Source: an uncultured Actinomycetota bacterium (GTDB lineage Bacteria > Actinomycetota > Geothermincolia > Geothermincolales > RBG-13-55-18). From it: a stretch of DNA of 64,000 nt. The notes below the pieces were generated by a model. The model did no database searches and was not told the origin of the DNA. It saw only the letters and a program-made list of their open reading frames with translations. This document shows positions 1 to 8,093 of the stretch, piece after piece; the stretch's first letter is position 1; every line of letters starts with the position of its first letter. The translations under genes were made by a program, and so were the position numbers. The DNA is taken from NCBI GenBank assembly GCA_964462595.1, contig CAYWXM010000058.1, positions 90 to 64,089 on the forward strand. Direction: 5' to 3'.

Positions 1-547
1 CCAGGATCAAGAGTGCGTCTTGACCCTCCGCTACCTCTATCATATTCACGGCCTCTTGCTGCGTCAGAAACTCCGCCTCTTTCGGCGGGGCTGGTACGCG
101 GGAGATCGACGCTGCCGGGGTGGTGGCGGTCAGCTCCCACGCTTGCGCCTGCCGGAAGACGGCGCGTATAACCGTAAGGGTCATGTTCGCCGTGCGCGGG
201 CGGTCTTTCAAGCCCTGGATGATCGCCTCTACATCCGTCGGCCTGATCTCCACCACGCGCCTGCGGCCTAGAGACGGCAGCACGTGGAGGCGCAGGAGTC
301 TGGAATAGTCTTCTATGGTCTTTGGTGACTTGCTGCCGTGCGCCTTCTCCAGCCACAGCCAGGCCAACTCTTCAAAGGTAAGGTTTGGCATATGGCCATC
401 GCGCCAATCAAGCATATCGCGCTCTACCTTTTTCGCGGCGGCTTTGGTGCGGAGGCCACGGCGCATATACTGTTTGCCGTGAGAGCTGACCTTGACGTCG
501 TATACCTCTCGGCCCGACTTGAGGGTGCGTTTGTATATATGCTGCAC
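1..547 (-). CDS. int: Tyrosine recombinase/integrase, N-terminal part (truncated by window edge)
   Basis: Manual translation from GTG at 547 (RBS GGAAGGA): MQHIYKRTLKSGREVYDVKV...RRGLRTKAAAKKVE (arm-binding-like), then TFEELAWLWL...PKTIEDYSRLLRLHVLPSLG...IRPTDVEAII...TANMTLTVIRAVFRQA (core-binding domain), then EFLTQQEA. Absent from the ORF track because there is no stop in the window. Confidence 0.9.
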   Translation of the reverse strand, partial: MQHIYKRTLKSGREVYDVKVSSHGKQYMRRGLRTKAAAKKVERDMLDWRDGHMPNLTFEELAWLWLEKAHGSKSPKTIEDYSRLLRLHVLPSLGRRRVVEIRPTDVEAIIQGLKDRPRTANMTLTVIRAVFRQAQAWELTATTPAASISRVPAPPKEAEFLTQQEAVNMIEVAEGQDALLIL

Positions 548-677
548 TTCTTACAATCCTTCCATTACTAACGTGCCTCATATCTAAAATACGCCAAAGG
601 TCATGCTGCTGCCACTACTACCACGGTATTAGTTTTTATCTATATAGTACCGTTTTCCAGAAATATTCCATAACAGC

Positions 678-705
678 TTGACACGCACCAACTGTACGGT
701 AAAAT
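678..705 (+). promoter_or_regulatory. Sigma70-type promoter for the element's xis/replication operon
   Basis: TTGACA-N16-TAAAAT in the AT-rich int/xis intergenic region. Confidence 0.6.
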
Positions 706-801
706 TATCTTAACGGAATAAAAATTGAGTGCTGTGACCTTAACCCTAAAGGCCACCATCTAAGTGAGACACCTGCCGGGGAGATCGGTAGGTGTATTTT
801 T

Positions 802-981
802 ATGCAAGGCTCTCAACCTCAACTGCTCACCACCCGCGAGATCGCCGAACTGCTCCAGACGCGTGAGAGTCATATCCGCCAACTGGTGCGAGCGGGAAAA
901 ATCCCGGTGGTCAGGCTCGGCAGGCTGCTGCGTTTCGACGCTGCCGCAGTGCTCGCCAGGCTGGCGGGTGATCCCGAATGA
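802..981 (+). CDS. Excisionase-like HTH_17 DNA-binding protein (59 aa)
   Basis: Manual translation MQGSQPQLLTTREIAELLQTRESHIRQLVRAGKIPVVRLGRLLRFD; ATGA overlap with the next gene. Confidence 0.85.
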   Translation: MQGSQPQLLTTREIAELLQTRESHIRQLVRAGKIPVVRLGRLLRFDAAAVLARLAGDPE

Positions 982-2495
982 CCCACCTTGAGGATGCCGC
1001 GAAGAGAATCGGGGTAGTGCCTCCTGCCGATGTCGACGGCACCAGCTCACCCCCGCAGCCGGTGGAGGAAGAGGCCGACACGGGAGGCGGAGAAGAGACA
1101 CCAAAGAAAAAGGCCAGGCGCTCTCAAGGCAAGGCGCTTAGACTCCCTGAACCGCAGGCGTGGCCGGAAGAGGTAGATGGTGCCGAGCTGCTGGACGGCC
1201 TGGCCGCAGCGGTCAGACGCTATGTATCCTGCGGTGAACACCAGCGTACCGCTGTAGCCTTATGGGTGATACACGCCTTCGCCATCGACGCCTTCCAGGT
1301 ATCGCCAATTCTTTCGATCACCAGCGCTACAAAGCGTTGTGGCAAGAGCACGTTACTTGCAGTGCTATACAGCCTGGTATCTAAGCCCCTCATGGCAAGC
1401 AGCATTTCACCGGCTGTGCTGTTCCGCACCATCGAAATATACCAGCCGTGCCTATTGCTCGATGAGGCCGATACCCTCAATTTGGGGGATTACCACGACC
1501 TCCGCGGTATGCTCAACAGTGGCCACCTACGCAGCGGCGCGGTTGTCCTGCGTACAGTGGGCGATGACTATGAGCCGCGAGCATTTACCGTCTGGTGTCC
1601 AAAGGCCGTCGCCTGTATCGGCAACCTGCCCGACGTCCTGGTAGATCGGTCAGTGGTAATCGACCTGAAGCGCAAGGTATCAGGTGCGGGACCTGAGCGC
1701 TTGAGCTTGCCCGATCTGGCCGGCGGTGAAAATAACCACCTGCAAATGAAGGCGGCCCGCTGGAGCGCTGACAACCTGGATGTGCTACGCGCCTCCAGGC
1801 CGGATGTTCCTCCAGGCTTGAATGATCGAGAGGCCGACAACTGGCGGCCCCTCCTGGCCATCGCTGACCTTGCCGGCGGGGAGTGGCCGGAGAAGGCCAG
1901 GGAGGCAGCCAGGGTGTTAAGCGACGCTGTGGAGACTGCGGAAGAGATAAGCGTCAGCCTCCTGCGCGACCTGGCTGCTATCTTCGCGGAGATCGCCGAC
2001 GGCTTTATGCCGACGCAGGACATACTTGACGAACTCCACGGCCTCGATGAGCGGCCCTGGTCGACCTGGAAGCGTGGTCAGCCCCTCAACGCGCACAACC
2101 TGGCGCGGCTGCTCAAGCCCTTCGGCCTCCACCCGGATCAAGTGCGGTATGGTAAAGACGTTGTGCGTGGTTATACCCCGGCCGATTTTGCTGAGGTCTT
2201 TAGAGTATACCTTCCACAGATCGTTACAACTGATTCGTATGTTACACCGCAGGTAGACGCTGACCAGCAACGTAACGCAAGCATCGAATGTAACGCTTTG
2301 TCAGAAAGGGTAGAGGTAGAGGCCACACAGCCGGAGCTTGTTATCACCTTCCCGGCCGGCAGCTTATCGCAGGCGCATGAGGAATACTTGCGCGGTCTAT
2401 CTCGGGAATGGCAGGTATTCTTCCGCGATTGGGTTGAGTGGGAGGCTGCCGGCTTTGAAGGCGCGGGGCCGGTGCGGCCGGAGCAGGTGGCATGA
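978..2495 (+). CDS. DUF3631-domain P-loop NTPase (putative replication helicase-like protein)
   Basis: Walker A SATKRCGKSTLL, Walker B LLLDEAD, C-terminal ERPWSTW..GQPLNAHNLARLLKPFG...VRGY typical of DUF3631. Confidence 0.8.
   Translation: MTHLEDAAKRIGVVPPADVDGTSSPPQPVEEEADTGGGEETPKKKARRSQGKALRLPEPQAWPEEVDGAELLDGLAAAVRRYVSCGEHQRTAVALWVIHAFAIDAFQVSPILSITSATKRCGKSTLLAVLYSLVSKPLMASSISPAVLFRTIEIYQPCLLLDEADTLNLGDYHDLRGMLNSGHLRSGAVVLRTVGDDYEPRAFTVWCPKAVACIGNLPDVLVDRSVVIDLKRKVSGAGPERLSLPDLAGGENNHLQMKAARWSADNLDVLRASRPDVPPGLNDREADNWRPLLAIADLAGGEWPEKAREAARVLSDAVETAEEISVSLLRDLAAIFAEIADGFMPTQDILDELHGLDERPWSTWKRGQPLNAHNLARLLKPFGLHPDQVRYGKDVVRGYTPADFAEVFRVYLPQIVTTDSYVTPQVDADQQRNASIECNALSERVEVEATQPELVITFPAGSLSQAHEEYLRGLSREWQVFFRDWVEWEAAGFEGAGPVRPEQVA
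2223..2295. repeat. Iteron-like GTTACA/TGTAAC short repeats (candidate replication origin)
   Basis: GTTACA at 2223 and 2241, inverted CGTAACG at 2271 and TGTAACG at 2289, in the low-complexity tail of the DUF3631 gene. Confidence 0.5.
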
Positions 2496-2698
2496 TGAGC
2501 AAGGCAATAGCTCCCGGTGCCGTGCTGAACGTCAAAGACCTGGCCTCAAGGTGGCGCTGCTCACCGTCTGAGGTCTACAAATTGAAGGATGATCGGCACC
2601 TGCCATACTTCATTGTCGGCACCAAAGGTGTGCGGTTCTACCTGGAAGACGTCATAGCCTATGAGCGCTCTACCTACCGCGCCGCCAGGTGGGGGTGA
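2492..2698 (+). CDS. Second HTH_17/AlpA-like DNA-binding protein
   Basis: LNVKDLASRWRCSPSEVYKL...LPYFIVGTKGVRFYLEDVIAYE. Confidence 0.8.
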   Translation: MMSKAIAPGAVLNVKDLASRWRCSPSEVYKLKDDRHLPYFIVGTKGVRFYLEDVIAYERSTYRAARWG

Positions 2699-2702
2699 GA
2701 GC

Positions 2703-3344
2703 ATGACCCCGATAGAAGAGATCAAGGCCAGGCTCTCCCTACAGGCAGCGCTTGAGCACTTCGGCGCTCACGTCCCTTACTGGCGGGATCGACCCTTCAC
2801 CATTCCCTGTTTCCTTCCAGGCCATGAGGATAAGACCCCCTCCCTGACCGTATACCCCCGCGATGATCGCGCCTGGTGTTACGGCTGCAATCGGGGTGGC
2901 GACTTGTTAGACATTACAGCGCTCATGCTCAATACCGATATACAGGGCGCGGTGGAATACTGGAGCCGGCGCTTTAACCTCTCGGCCTCCAGGCCCGATC
3001 CCGCTGCCGTCAAAGAGATGGAGGCGGCCAGGTTACAACGGCGCGTAAGGCAAGACGCCCACGCGCTGAGCCTTGCGGCTGAAAGGGATATACCATGCCC
3101 GCATGACCCCGGCCTTCTGGACATATACGATTACATCTTTGACTTGAAGGAAGAAATAGATGTATGCGGCGCAGACATAACCGATGAGCTTGAGCTAAGG
3201 GTTCACCTCGCGGCCCTGGAGGCGTGGCAGCGCCGTGCGCTGATGCTACTGGAAAGGCCCGATGTTTATACCATGTGGGGAATGTACTCCGCCATGAACG
3301 GCAGCGACCCACGGGAAGTGTCATCGCCTGGTGTTATGGTATAA
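2703..3344 (+). CDS. CHC2 zinc-finger (DnaG zinc-binding domain) protein lacking a TOPRIM domain
   Basis: IEEIKARL...CFLPGHEDKTPSLTVY...WCYGCNRGGD; ATG at 2703 after RBS GGGGTGA. Confidence 0.8.
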   Translation: MTPIEEIKARLSLQAALEHFGAHVPYWRDRPFTIPCFLPGHEDKTPSLTVYPRDDRAWCYGCNRGGDLLDITALMLNTDIQGAVEYWSRRFNLSASRPDPAAVKEMEAARLQRRVRQDAHALSLAAERDIPCPHDPGLLDIYDYIFDLKEEIDVCGADITDELELRVHLAALEAWQRRALMLLERPDVYTMWGMYSAMNGSDPREVSSPGVMV

Positions 3345-3400
3345 GGTTATAAGTATACTTGCAGGTAACATAGAGTTAGATGATAGGAAGGTGATTCGAT

Positions 3401-3838
3401 ATGACCCCGCAGCCGCCGCACAGGTCTACCCAGCTCCCTGACACCATAGCCAGCGACCCGCGTAAGCTCAAGGCCGTTACCATGATCGGCCAGGGCGCTA
3501 GGCTATCTATGGACTGGGAAGAGATCGCACAGGAGATCGGCGTTACCAGGCGCACGTTATTCGAGTGGCGCAAGGCCGACGATTTCAAAGAGGCCGTGCT
3601 TATCCTGGCGCGTGAGTCCCTGGCTGACGCGGTGCCCGTGGCCTATGCCCGCCTTGAAGGCTGCCTGAGATCAGGAGACACCCGGAGCGCTTTGAGGGCG
3701 GGGGAGCTTATCCTCCGTGCTAGTGGTGTCCTGGTGGATAGGGTAGAGACTCAGGCAACGTTTAACCCTTCCAGGCCGGACGCTAAGAGTATCCTTGAGA
3801 GTCTTCGCCATGAGATCGAAGAGATGGAAGGCGCGTGA
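3401..3838 (+). CDS. HTH protein, phBC6A51-like / putative terminase small subunit
   Basis: WEEIAQEIGVTRRTLFEWRKADDFKEAV HTH followed by helical segments (AYARL...ALRAGELIL) and a short beta tail, as in TerS-like proteins. Confidence 0.55.
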   Translation: MTPQPPHRSTQLPDTIASDPRKLKAVTMIGQGARLSMDWEEIAQEIGVTRRTLFEWRKADDFKEAVLILARESLADAVPVAYARLEGCLRSGDTRSALRAGELILRASGVLVDRVETQATFNPSRPDAKSILESLRHEIEEMEGA

Positions 3839-3857
3839 GTATTGCCATATTACCCCA

Positions 3858-3885
3858 GCTTTACATAACGGAGATTATCGGACAC
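3858..3885 (-). other. dif-like (XerC/XerD) recombination site
   Basis: Minus strand GTGTCCGATAA-TCTCCG-TTATGTAAAGC: 11-6-11 architecture with CCGATAA and TTATGT.AA arms. Confidence 0.7.
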
Positions 3886-4138
3886 CATAAAACGCGCTGA
3901 CCTGCGGGGATATAAACAGCTTACCTTATCACACCTTGATTACGCCTTTGAACCCTACATATGGTGGTGCCCCTACCCCCTGGCGGCCTCTCTCGGCCCT
4001 CTCCTGCCCTGCCTGGAGGCGCGTATATATGGCAGCGTGGCCACCCCCCTACCCCCGGTGGCACCCCCCAGTGGAGATCGGGACGTGGGGCGCGAGGGCC
4101 GGGGGAGTGCGCTTGTTGTCCAGGGCACCAGGGTTGTG

Positions 4139-4390
4139 CTATACCTTCCGCCCGAAAGGTATCACTACCCTGTCCGTGAGGCCCCGGATAACCTCAATGC
4201 TGTAGAGGTCTTCAGGCGTCATGTCAAATAGCTCCGCCAGGGCGTTGATCTGGTCTAGCCTTGGCAGTATCTCCCCCGCCTCGATCCTCTCAATCAATTC
4301 GATGTTAAGAGTCTCACCAATATGGTGCGCGAGGTCCCCGCGGCCGAATTTAAAACCCTCCCTCAATTCCTTGATCCTGTTCCGATACAC
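4139..4390 (-). CDS. XRE-family HTH transcriptional regulator
   Basis: NRIKELRE...RGDLAHHIG...IERIEAGEILPRLDQINALAELFD; GTG start with RBS AAGGGG. Confidence 0.8.
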   Translation of the reverse strand: MYRNRIKELREGFKFGRGDLAHHIGETLNIELIERIEAGEILPRLDQINALAELFDMTPEDLYSIEVIRGLTDRVVIPFGRKV

Positions 4391-4557
4391 AATGCACCCC
4401 TTTCCCTATGTACGCCTTCTCCCTCTCGGCTTACTGAGAGCGCTTCTAAGGCCCGATCTCCTATCGCCTATAGTCTCGGCCATCTCTCCAACTTGCCCCG
4501 CCACCCGCGCAATATGTGTTGCCTCTCGCGGCTCCTGGTATGGCCGCCGTACTTCCG

Positions 4558-4575
4558 TGCTACAGATTTGCTACA
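4558..4575 (+). repeat. Candidate integrase arm-type sites (TGCTACA x2, 11-bp period)
   Basis: Tandem direct heptamers about 110 bp inside the att junction. Confidence 0.5.
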
Positions 4576-4682
4576 ACCTTAAATGTAAAATATGGAAACC
4601 GTGTAAATATGTTAAATGTATAAATGCTGGTCAGGGTGTTAATAACTCTTTGACCTGCAATGGTAAAATCGCAGGGCAATAA

Positions 4683-4719
4683 TTGTAAGGCAGGCGCTCT
4701 CCCGCTGAGCTAAACGCCC
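4683..4719 (-). tRNA. 5' half of tRNA-Val(TAC), truncated after the anticodon loop (att junction)
   Basis: GGGCGTT-TA-GCTCAGCGGGAGAGC-G-CCTGC-CTTACAA: acceptor 5' strand, D-arm, anticodon 5' stem and loop. The expected GCAGG...TTCGA 3' half does not follow. Confidence 0.9.
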
Positions 4720-4767
4720 TTACGGGCTCGCCCCGATGCTTTCCGCATACTGGACGATAACGTTCTG

Positions 4768-4796
4768 ATTATCGGCTATCGGCGTCTTTCCGGCAA
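4768..4796 (-). promoter_or_regulatory. Host tRNA promoter
   Basis: TTGCCG-N17-GATAAT about 50 bp upstream of the tRNA 5' end. Confidence 0.5.
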
Positions 4797-4960
4797 CCGC
4801 CGCCACCGGGAATGCCTCCCTTAACCGAGCCACCCGAAACGGCCAGGCATGGTATATGAGTATTTAATGTGCGCAAACAGGCTTTGGGCGACGACTTATG
4901 CATAAAAGTCTCCAGGCCACTGCTGGGGGAGTCCGCCTCAATCCGCCAGCTGCCCGTTTT

Positions 4961-5674
4961 TCATACTCCTCCGCCCTCATCCGTCTCCCCGGCAATATCC
5001 ATGGCGGAGTTCAGGGTGGAGTTGATCAGCTCGACGATCACCTCGCCCTGCTCGTAGGTGTACTTGTCATCATACAGCCTTACCTGGTTATAGATGGCTT
5101 TCTCCATCAGGTAACCGAGCTGCGCCTCCCTGTCGCCCATTGCGGAGCAGGATGCAGACGCCGCCGCGAGCAGCGTATTGCGGCTCACGATCTCGGGCTC
5201 GTACTTCAAGGCTTCCTCGAACTCCTCCCTCGCCTCGGCGAAGCGTTTCTCCTCCAGGTACAGGTCTCCGAGGCTGTAATGAAGGTCGGCCGATTCCGGG
5301 TTGGCGGCGATGCCCTGCCTGTTGAAAGCGATCGCCTCTTCCTTCTTTCCCAGTGTGTCCATGATCCCGACGCCCACGTAATACGCGCTGATATAGTTGG
5401 GATCCAGGAGGGCGATGAGCTCGAAATACGGGACCAGCTCCGCCTCCTGGGTGAAGCTGCCGTAATAGGCGTGATGCACCTCGTCGGCCTTTATATAAAA
5501 TATGAAAGCCACGTACTGCCTCGCTCCGCCCAGCAGATCGAGCAGGCTGGAGGCGGCGGGGAATTTTTCCGTCTGTGCCACATCCGTGCCTGCCGGCGTG
5601 CTATCGAGCCCCCATTGCAGTAACGCCGCCGCCAGCAGCATGATAACCAATACGAAAAGCACGGCTTTTTTCAC
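4961..5674 (-). CDS. Membrane-anchored tetratricopeptide repeat protein
   Basis: N-terminal hydrophobic anchor; TPR motifs (AYYVGVG...EEAIAF..QGIAANP; LHYSLGDLY...AEAREEFEEALKYEP). Confidence 0.8.
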   Translation of the reverse strand: MKKAVLFVLVIMLLAAALLQWGLDSTPAGTDVAQTEKFPAASSLLDLLGGARQYVAFIFYIKADEVHHAYYGSFTQEAELVPYFELIALLDPNYISAYYVGVGIMDTLGKKEEAIAFNRQGIAANPESADLHYSLGDLYLEEKRFAEAREEFEEALKYEPEIVSRNTLLAAASASCSAMGDREAQLGYLMEKAIYNQVRLYDDKYTYEQGEVIVELINSTLNSAMDIAGETDEGGGV

Positions 5675-6465
5675 AGGTCCCTCCGGTAAAACAGGTAATT
5701 GCCCAGGAGTAGAAAGATGGCGGAAAAGGCCGCGGCCAGGCCGAAGAGAAGCAGCAACTCTAATGCCCCCACCGCGAAAGTCCTTTCGGAATGGGCGACG
5801 GTCTCATTGATGTTCAACCTCTCCAGGTTGGGCAGGACGTAGTAAAACAATCCGGCCACCGCCCTGGAGAAGGGATTGTTCGCGGCATCGGTCATGGTGC
5901 GGTAGAGAAAGTCGCCCTTGACGTGGCACACGATGTAAAAAAGGCCTGCGAGCAGGATGCATACCAGGGGGCTGTAATAGACGGAGGCGAGCATGGCCAC
6001 GGATATAAGGACCATGGCCTCGAACAGTATGGTCAGCATCGCCTTGGCAAGCCCGGGATTGAAGAATCCGAACTTGATCCACACGAACACCAGGATGACC
6101 ACGAAGGTGACGAGCAGGGAAATCGCGGTGACCAGCACGATACCCATATACTTACCCAGGTAGTACTGCCAGCGGTGAACCGGCCTGGAGAGGGTATTGT
6201 AAAGGGTTCGCTTCTCGCGTTCCCTGGGGATGATGGTGGAGCCCAGGATAACGGCGAGGAGAAAAGCCATGATGCTGGTCAGGCCAAGGGCGGCTTCGCG
6301 CATGAGATCCACCTGCACTCCTAGATCCGCGCTGGGCAGAAGCGGTATGAGCAGGATTATTATGAAAGTGAAGGCCAGGATGGCATAGAAGACCTTGCGG
6401 TGCAGCGCGTCCTGCACCACGCTCCAGGCAAAGGCTCCGAGCGCCCTCATTGCCCCGCCTCCCAA
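5671..6465 (-). CDS. ABC transporter permease (PilI/NosY-like)
   Basis: Six TM helices; IPREREKRTLYNTLSRPVHRWQYYLGKY; C-terminal FYRRDL. Confidence 0.85.
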   Translation of the reverse strand: MGGGAMRALGAFAWSVVQDALHRKVFYAILAFTFIIILLIPLLPSADLGVQVDLMREAALGLTSIMAFLLAVILGSTIIPREREKRTLYNTLSRPVHRWQYYLGKYMGIVLVTAISLLVTFVVILVFVWIKFGFFNPGLAKAMLTILFEAMVLISVAMLASVYYSPLVCILLAGLFYIVCHVKGDFLYRTMTDAANNPFSRAVAGLFYYVLPNLERLNINETVAHSERTFAVGALELLLLFGLAAAFSAIFLLLGNYLFYRRDL

Positions 6466-7379
6466 CCCTCTCTGCCCACCTTGGCGACGAAATAATCCTC
6501 CAGGGTCATGTGGCGCTGCCTCACCTCGTGTATACGGGCCCCCCGCTCCATCAGAAACTCCAGGGTCGCGTTGAGGTCTTTCTTGGCTATTACCAGCCTG
6601 CTGCGCGAGGTATCCTTCCAGGAAACCGAATCAGGCAGTCTTTCATCTCCTTCCGGCAGGGGCGCCTCGAGCTCTATCTCGATCTCCTCGCGCGACCTGA
6701 GCAGTTCGTCCAGCGCGCCGGAAGCGATGTTGCGCCCCTTGTGTATGATGGCGACCCAGTCGCAGACCTCCTCTATCTCCGAGAGCTGGTGCGAACTGAG
6801 CAGCACCGTGGTGCCTCCGTTCCTCAGGCCGATGAGCAGGTCACGCACCTGCACCTTGCCCAGTGGATCCAGGCCCGAGGAGGGCTCGTCGAGGATCAGC
6901 AACTCGGGCTCGGTCAAAAGGGCCTGGGCGAGCCCTATTCTCTGCAGCATCCCCTTCGAGCACCTTTCCATGGACAGGTCGGCTTCCTCCCCCATGCCGA
7001 CGAGGTTGAGCACGTATGAGGTCTTGGCTTTTACACTGGAAGGGTCCATTCCTGCCAGCTTCCCGTAAAAGGCCAGCAACTTGCGGGGGGAGAGGTAAAG
7101 GTCGAAGTACGGCTGCTCGGGAAGAAACCCCATGCGGCTGCGCGCCTTGACGTCCGAGGTCTCCTTGCCGAAGATCCATATCCTGCCGCCTTGCGGCCGT
7201 ATAAGCCCCATGATGCACTTCAGCGTGGTCGTCTTTCCCGCCCCGTTGGGACCCAGCAGCCCCGTTATGCTGCCCTTCGGTACCTCCATGTTCAAACCGG
7301 TGAGCGCGCTGCGAACCGGCTTGCGCCAGCCGGTCGAGTAAACCTTGAAAAGATCCTCGATGCGAAGGACCGCTTCCAT
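6447..7379 (-). CDS. ABC transporter ATP-binding protein (PilH-like)
   Basis: GPNGAGKTT, CSKGMLQRIGLAQAL, ILDEP, SSH motifs. Confidence 0.95.
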   Translation of the reverse strand: MEAVLRIEDLFKVYSTGWRKPVRSALTGLNMEVPKGSITGLLGPNGAGKTTTLKCIMGLIRPQGGRIWIFGKETSDVKARSRMGFLPEQPYFDLYLSPRKLLAFYGKLAGMDPSSVKAKTSYVLNLVGMGEEADLSMERCSKGMLQRIGLAQALLTEPELLILDEPSSGLDPLGKVQVRDLLIGLRNGGTTVLLSSHQLSEIEEVCDWVAIIHKGRNIASGALDELLRSREEIEIELEAPLPEGDERLPDSVSWKDTSRSRLVIAKKDLNATLEFLMERGARIHEVRQRHMTLEDYFVAKVGREGWEAGQ

Positions 7380-7403
7380 ATCCCGATCACCTTTCTCTAT
7401 AAC

Positions 7404-8093
7404 TTATTCCGCTTCCTCAACCAGCAGGGAGACATCGTCGAACCATGCTCTGCCGCTGCCCTGCAACCCGGCCTCAAACCATACCCCGGTGGCCTCAGGC
7501 GGCACGTATATCCGGACATTCACGCGCGTCCAGTCGCTGTCCTCCGCCACGGCATCGCTAAAAGCCCAATCGAGCGCCACCGGCTTTTCGCCATCTTCCT
7601 CCGTCGTCTCGAGGAGAATGCTGAGATACGCGGCCCCGGCCAGGCTCTCAGTCCTTATGTACCCCTCGGCCACTACCTCATGGCCCAGGGGCAATTCGTC
7701 CATGCGCATCACCCACTTCGCGCCCTGGACGAGATTGCCGTTCGTGCTTATGGCCGCGCTCGCCATCCCGCTGCGCGCCACGTCGAGGTCGCGGTAAATC
7801 GCCTCTCCCTGGCCGGTTCCCATAGCAGTCCATCCCCAGATCTGTTCTCGCGTGCCCGCCTCGAAGCCGTAATTGGAGATGAGGTTCTCACCCAGCTTTA
7901 CCTCTGCAGCCTGGTGTTCCTCCTCGGTATGCTGGTGTCCATCTTCCCCCTCGCTGTGAGCGTGGCTGTGGGCGGAACCAGGCGCAAGGCCCACTACCAC
8001 GTCTCTCCTCACGAGGTATTGAAGGGGTATGCTTATCGCCAGAACCAAAATGACGGCCAGGAATATGGCCGGCTTGGATATCTTTTCGCGCAA
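7404..8093 (-). CDS. Membrane-anchored protein with His-rich linker and carbohydrate-binding (CBM4/9-like) beta-sandwich
   Basis: TM segment, HSHAHS..GHQH, NLISNYGFE...DWTRV...GRAWFDDVSL. Confidence 0.7.
   Translation of the reverse strand: MREKISKPAIFLAVILVLAISIPLQYLVRRDVVVGLAPGSAHSHAHSEGEDGHQHTEEEHQAAEVKLGENLISNYGFEAGTREQIWGWTAMGTGQGEAIYRDLDVARSGMASAAISTNGNLVQGAKWVMRMDELPLGHEVVAEGYIRTESLAGAAYLSILLETTEEDGEKPVALDWAFSDAVAEDSDWTRVNVRIYVPPEATGVWFEAGLQGSGRAWFDDVSLLVEEAE

Larger units (their letters stand above)
1..4689. mobile_element. Small integrative element (phage-satellite/PICI-like) inserted in tRNA-Val(TAC); left end outside the window
   Basis: Integrase, divergent xis-DUF3631-xis-CHC2-TerS-like operon and XRE gene. 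The element ends exactly at the anticodon loop (CTTACAA) of a tRNA-Val 5' half. No capsid, tail or conjugation genes are visible. Confidence 0.85.

Noticed and set aside
425-436. Apparent frameshift in the integrase at an A-run
   Set aside because: Recounting gives five A's (GCG AAA AAG GTA), so the frame is continuous from the GTG at 547.
550-557. CTTACAAT, an inverted copy of the att core (4682-4689), between the int RBS and start codon
   Set aside because: An 8-mer in AT-rich DNA is plausible by chance, and inversion would not rebuild the tRNA.
4407-4484. 25-aa ORF upstream of the XRE gene (MAETIGDRR...)
   Set aside because: Too short and featureless to support without conservation data.
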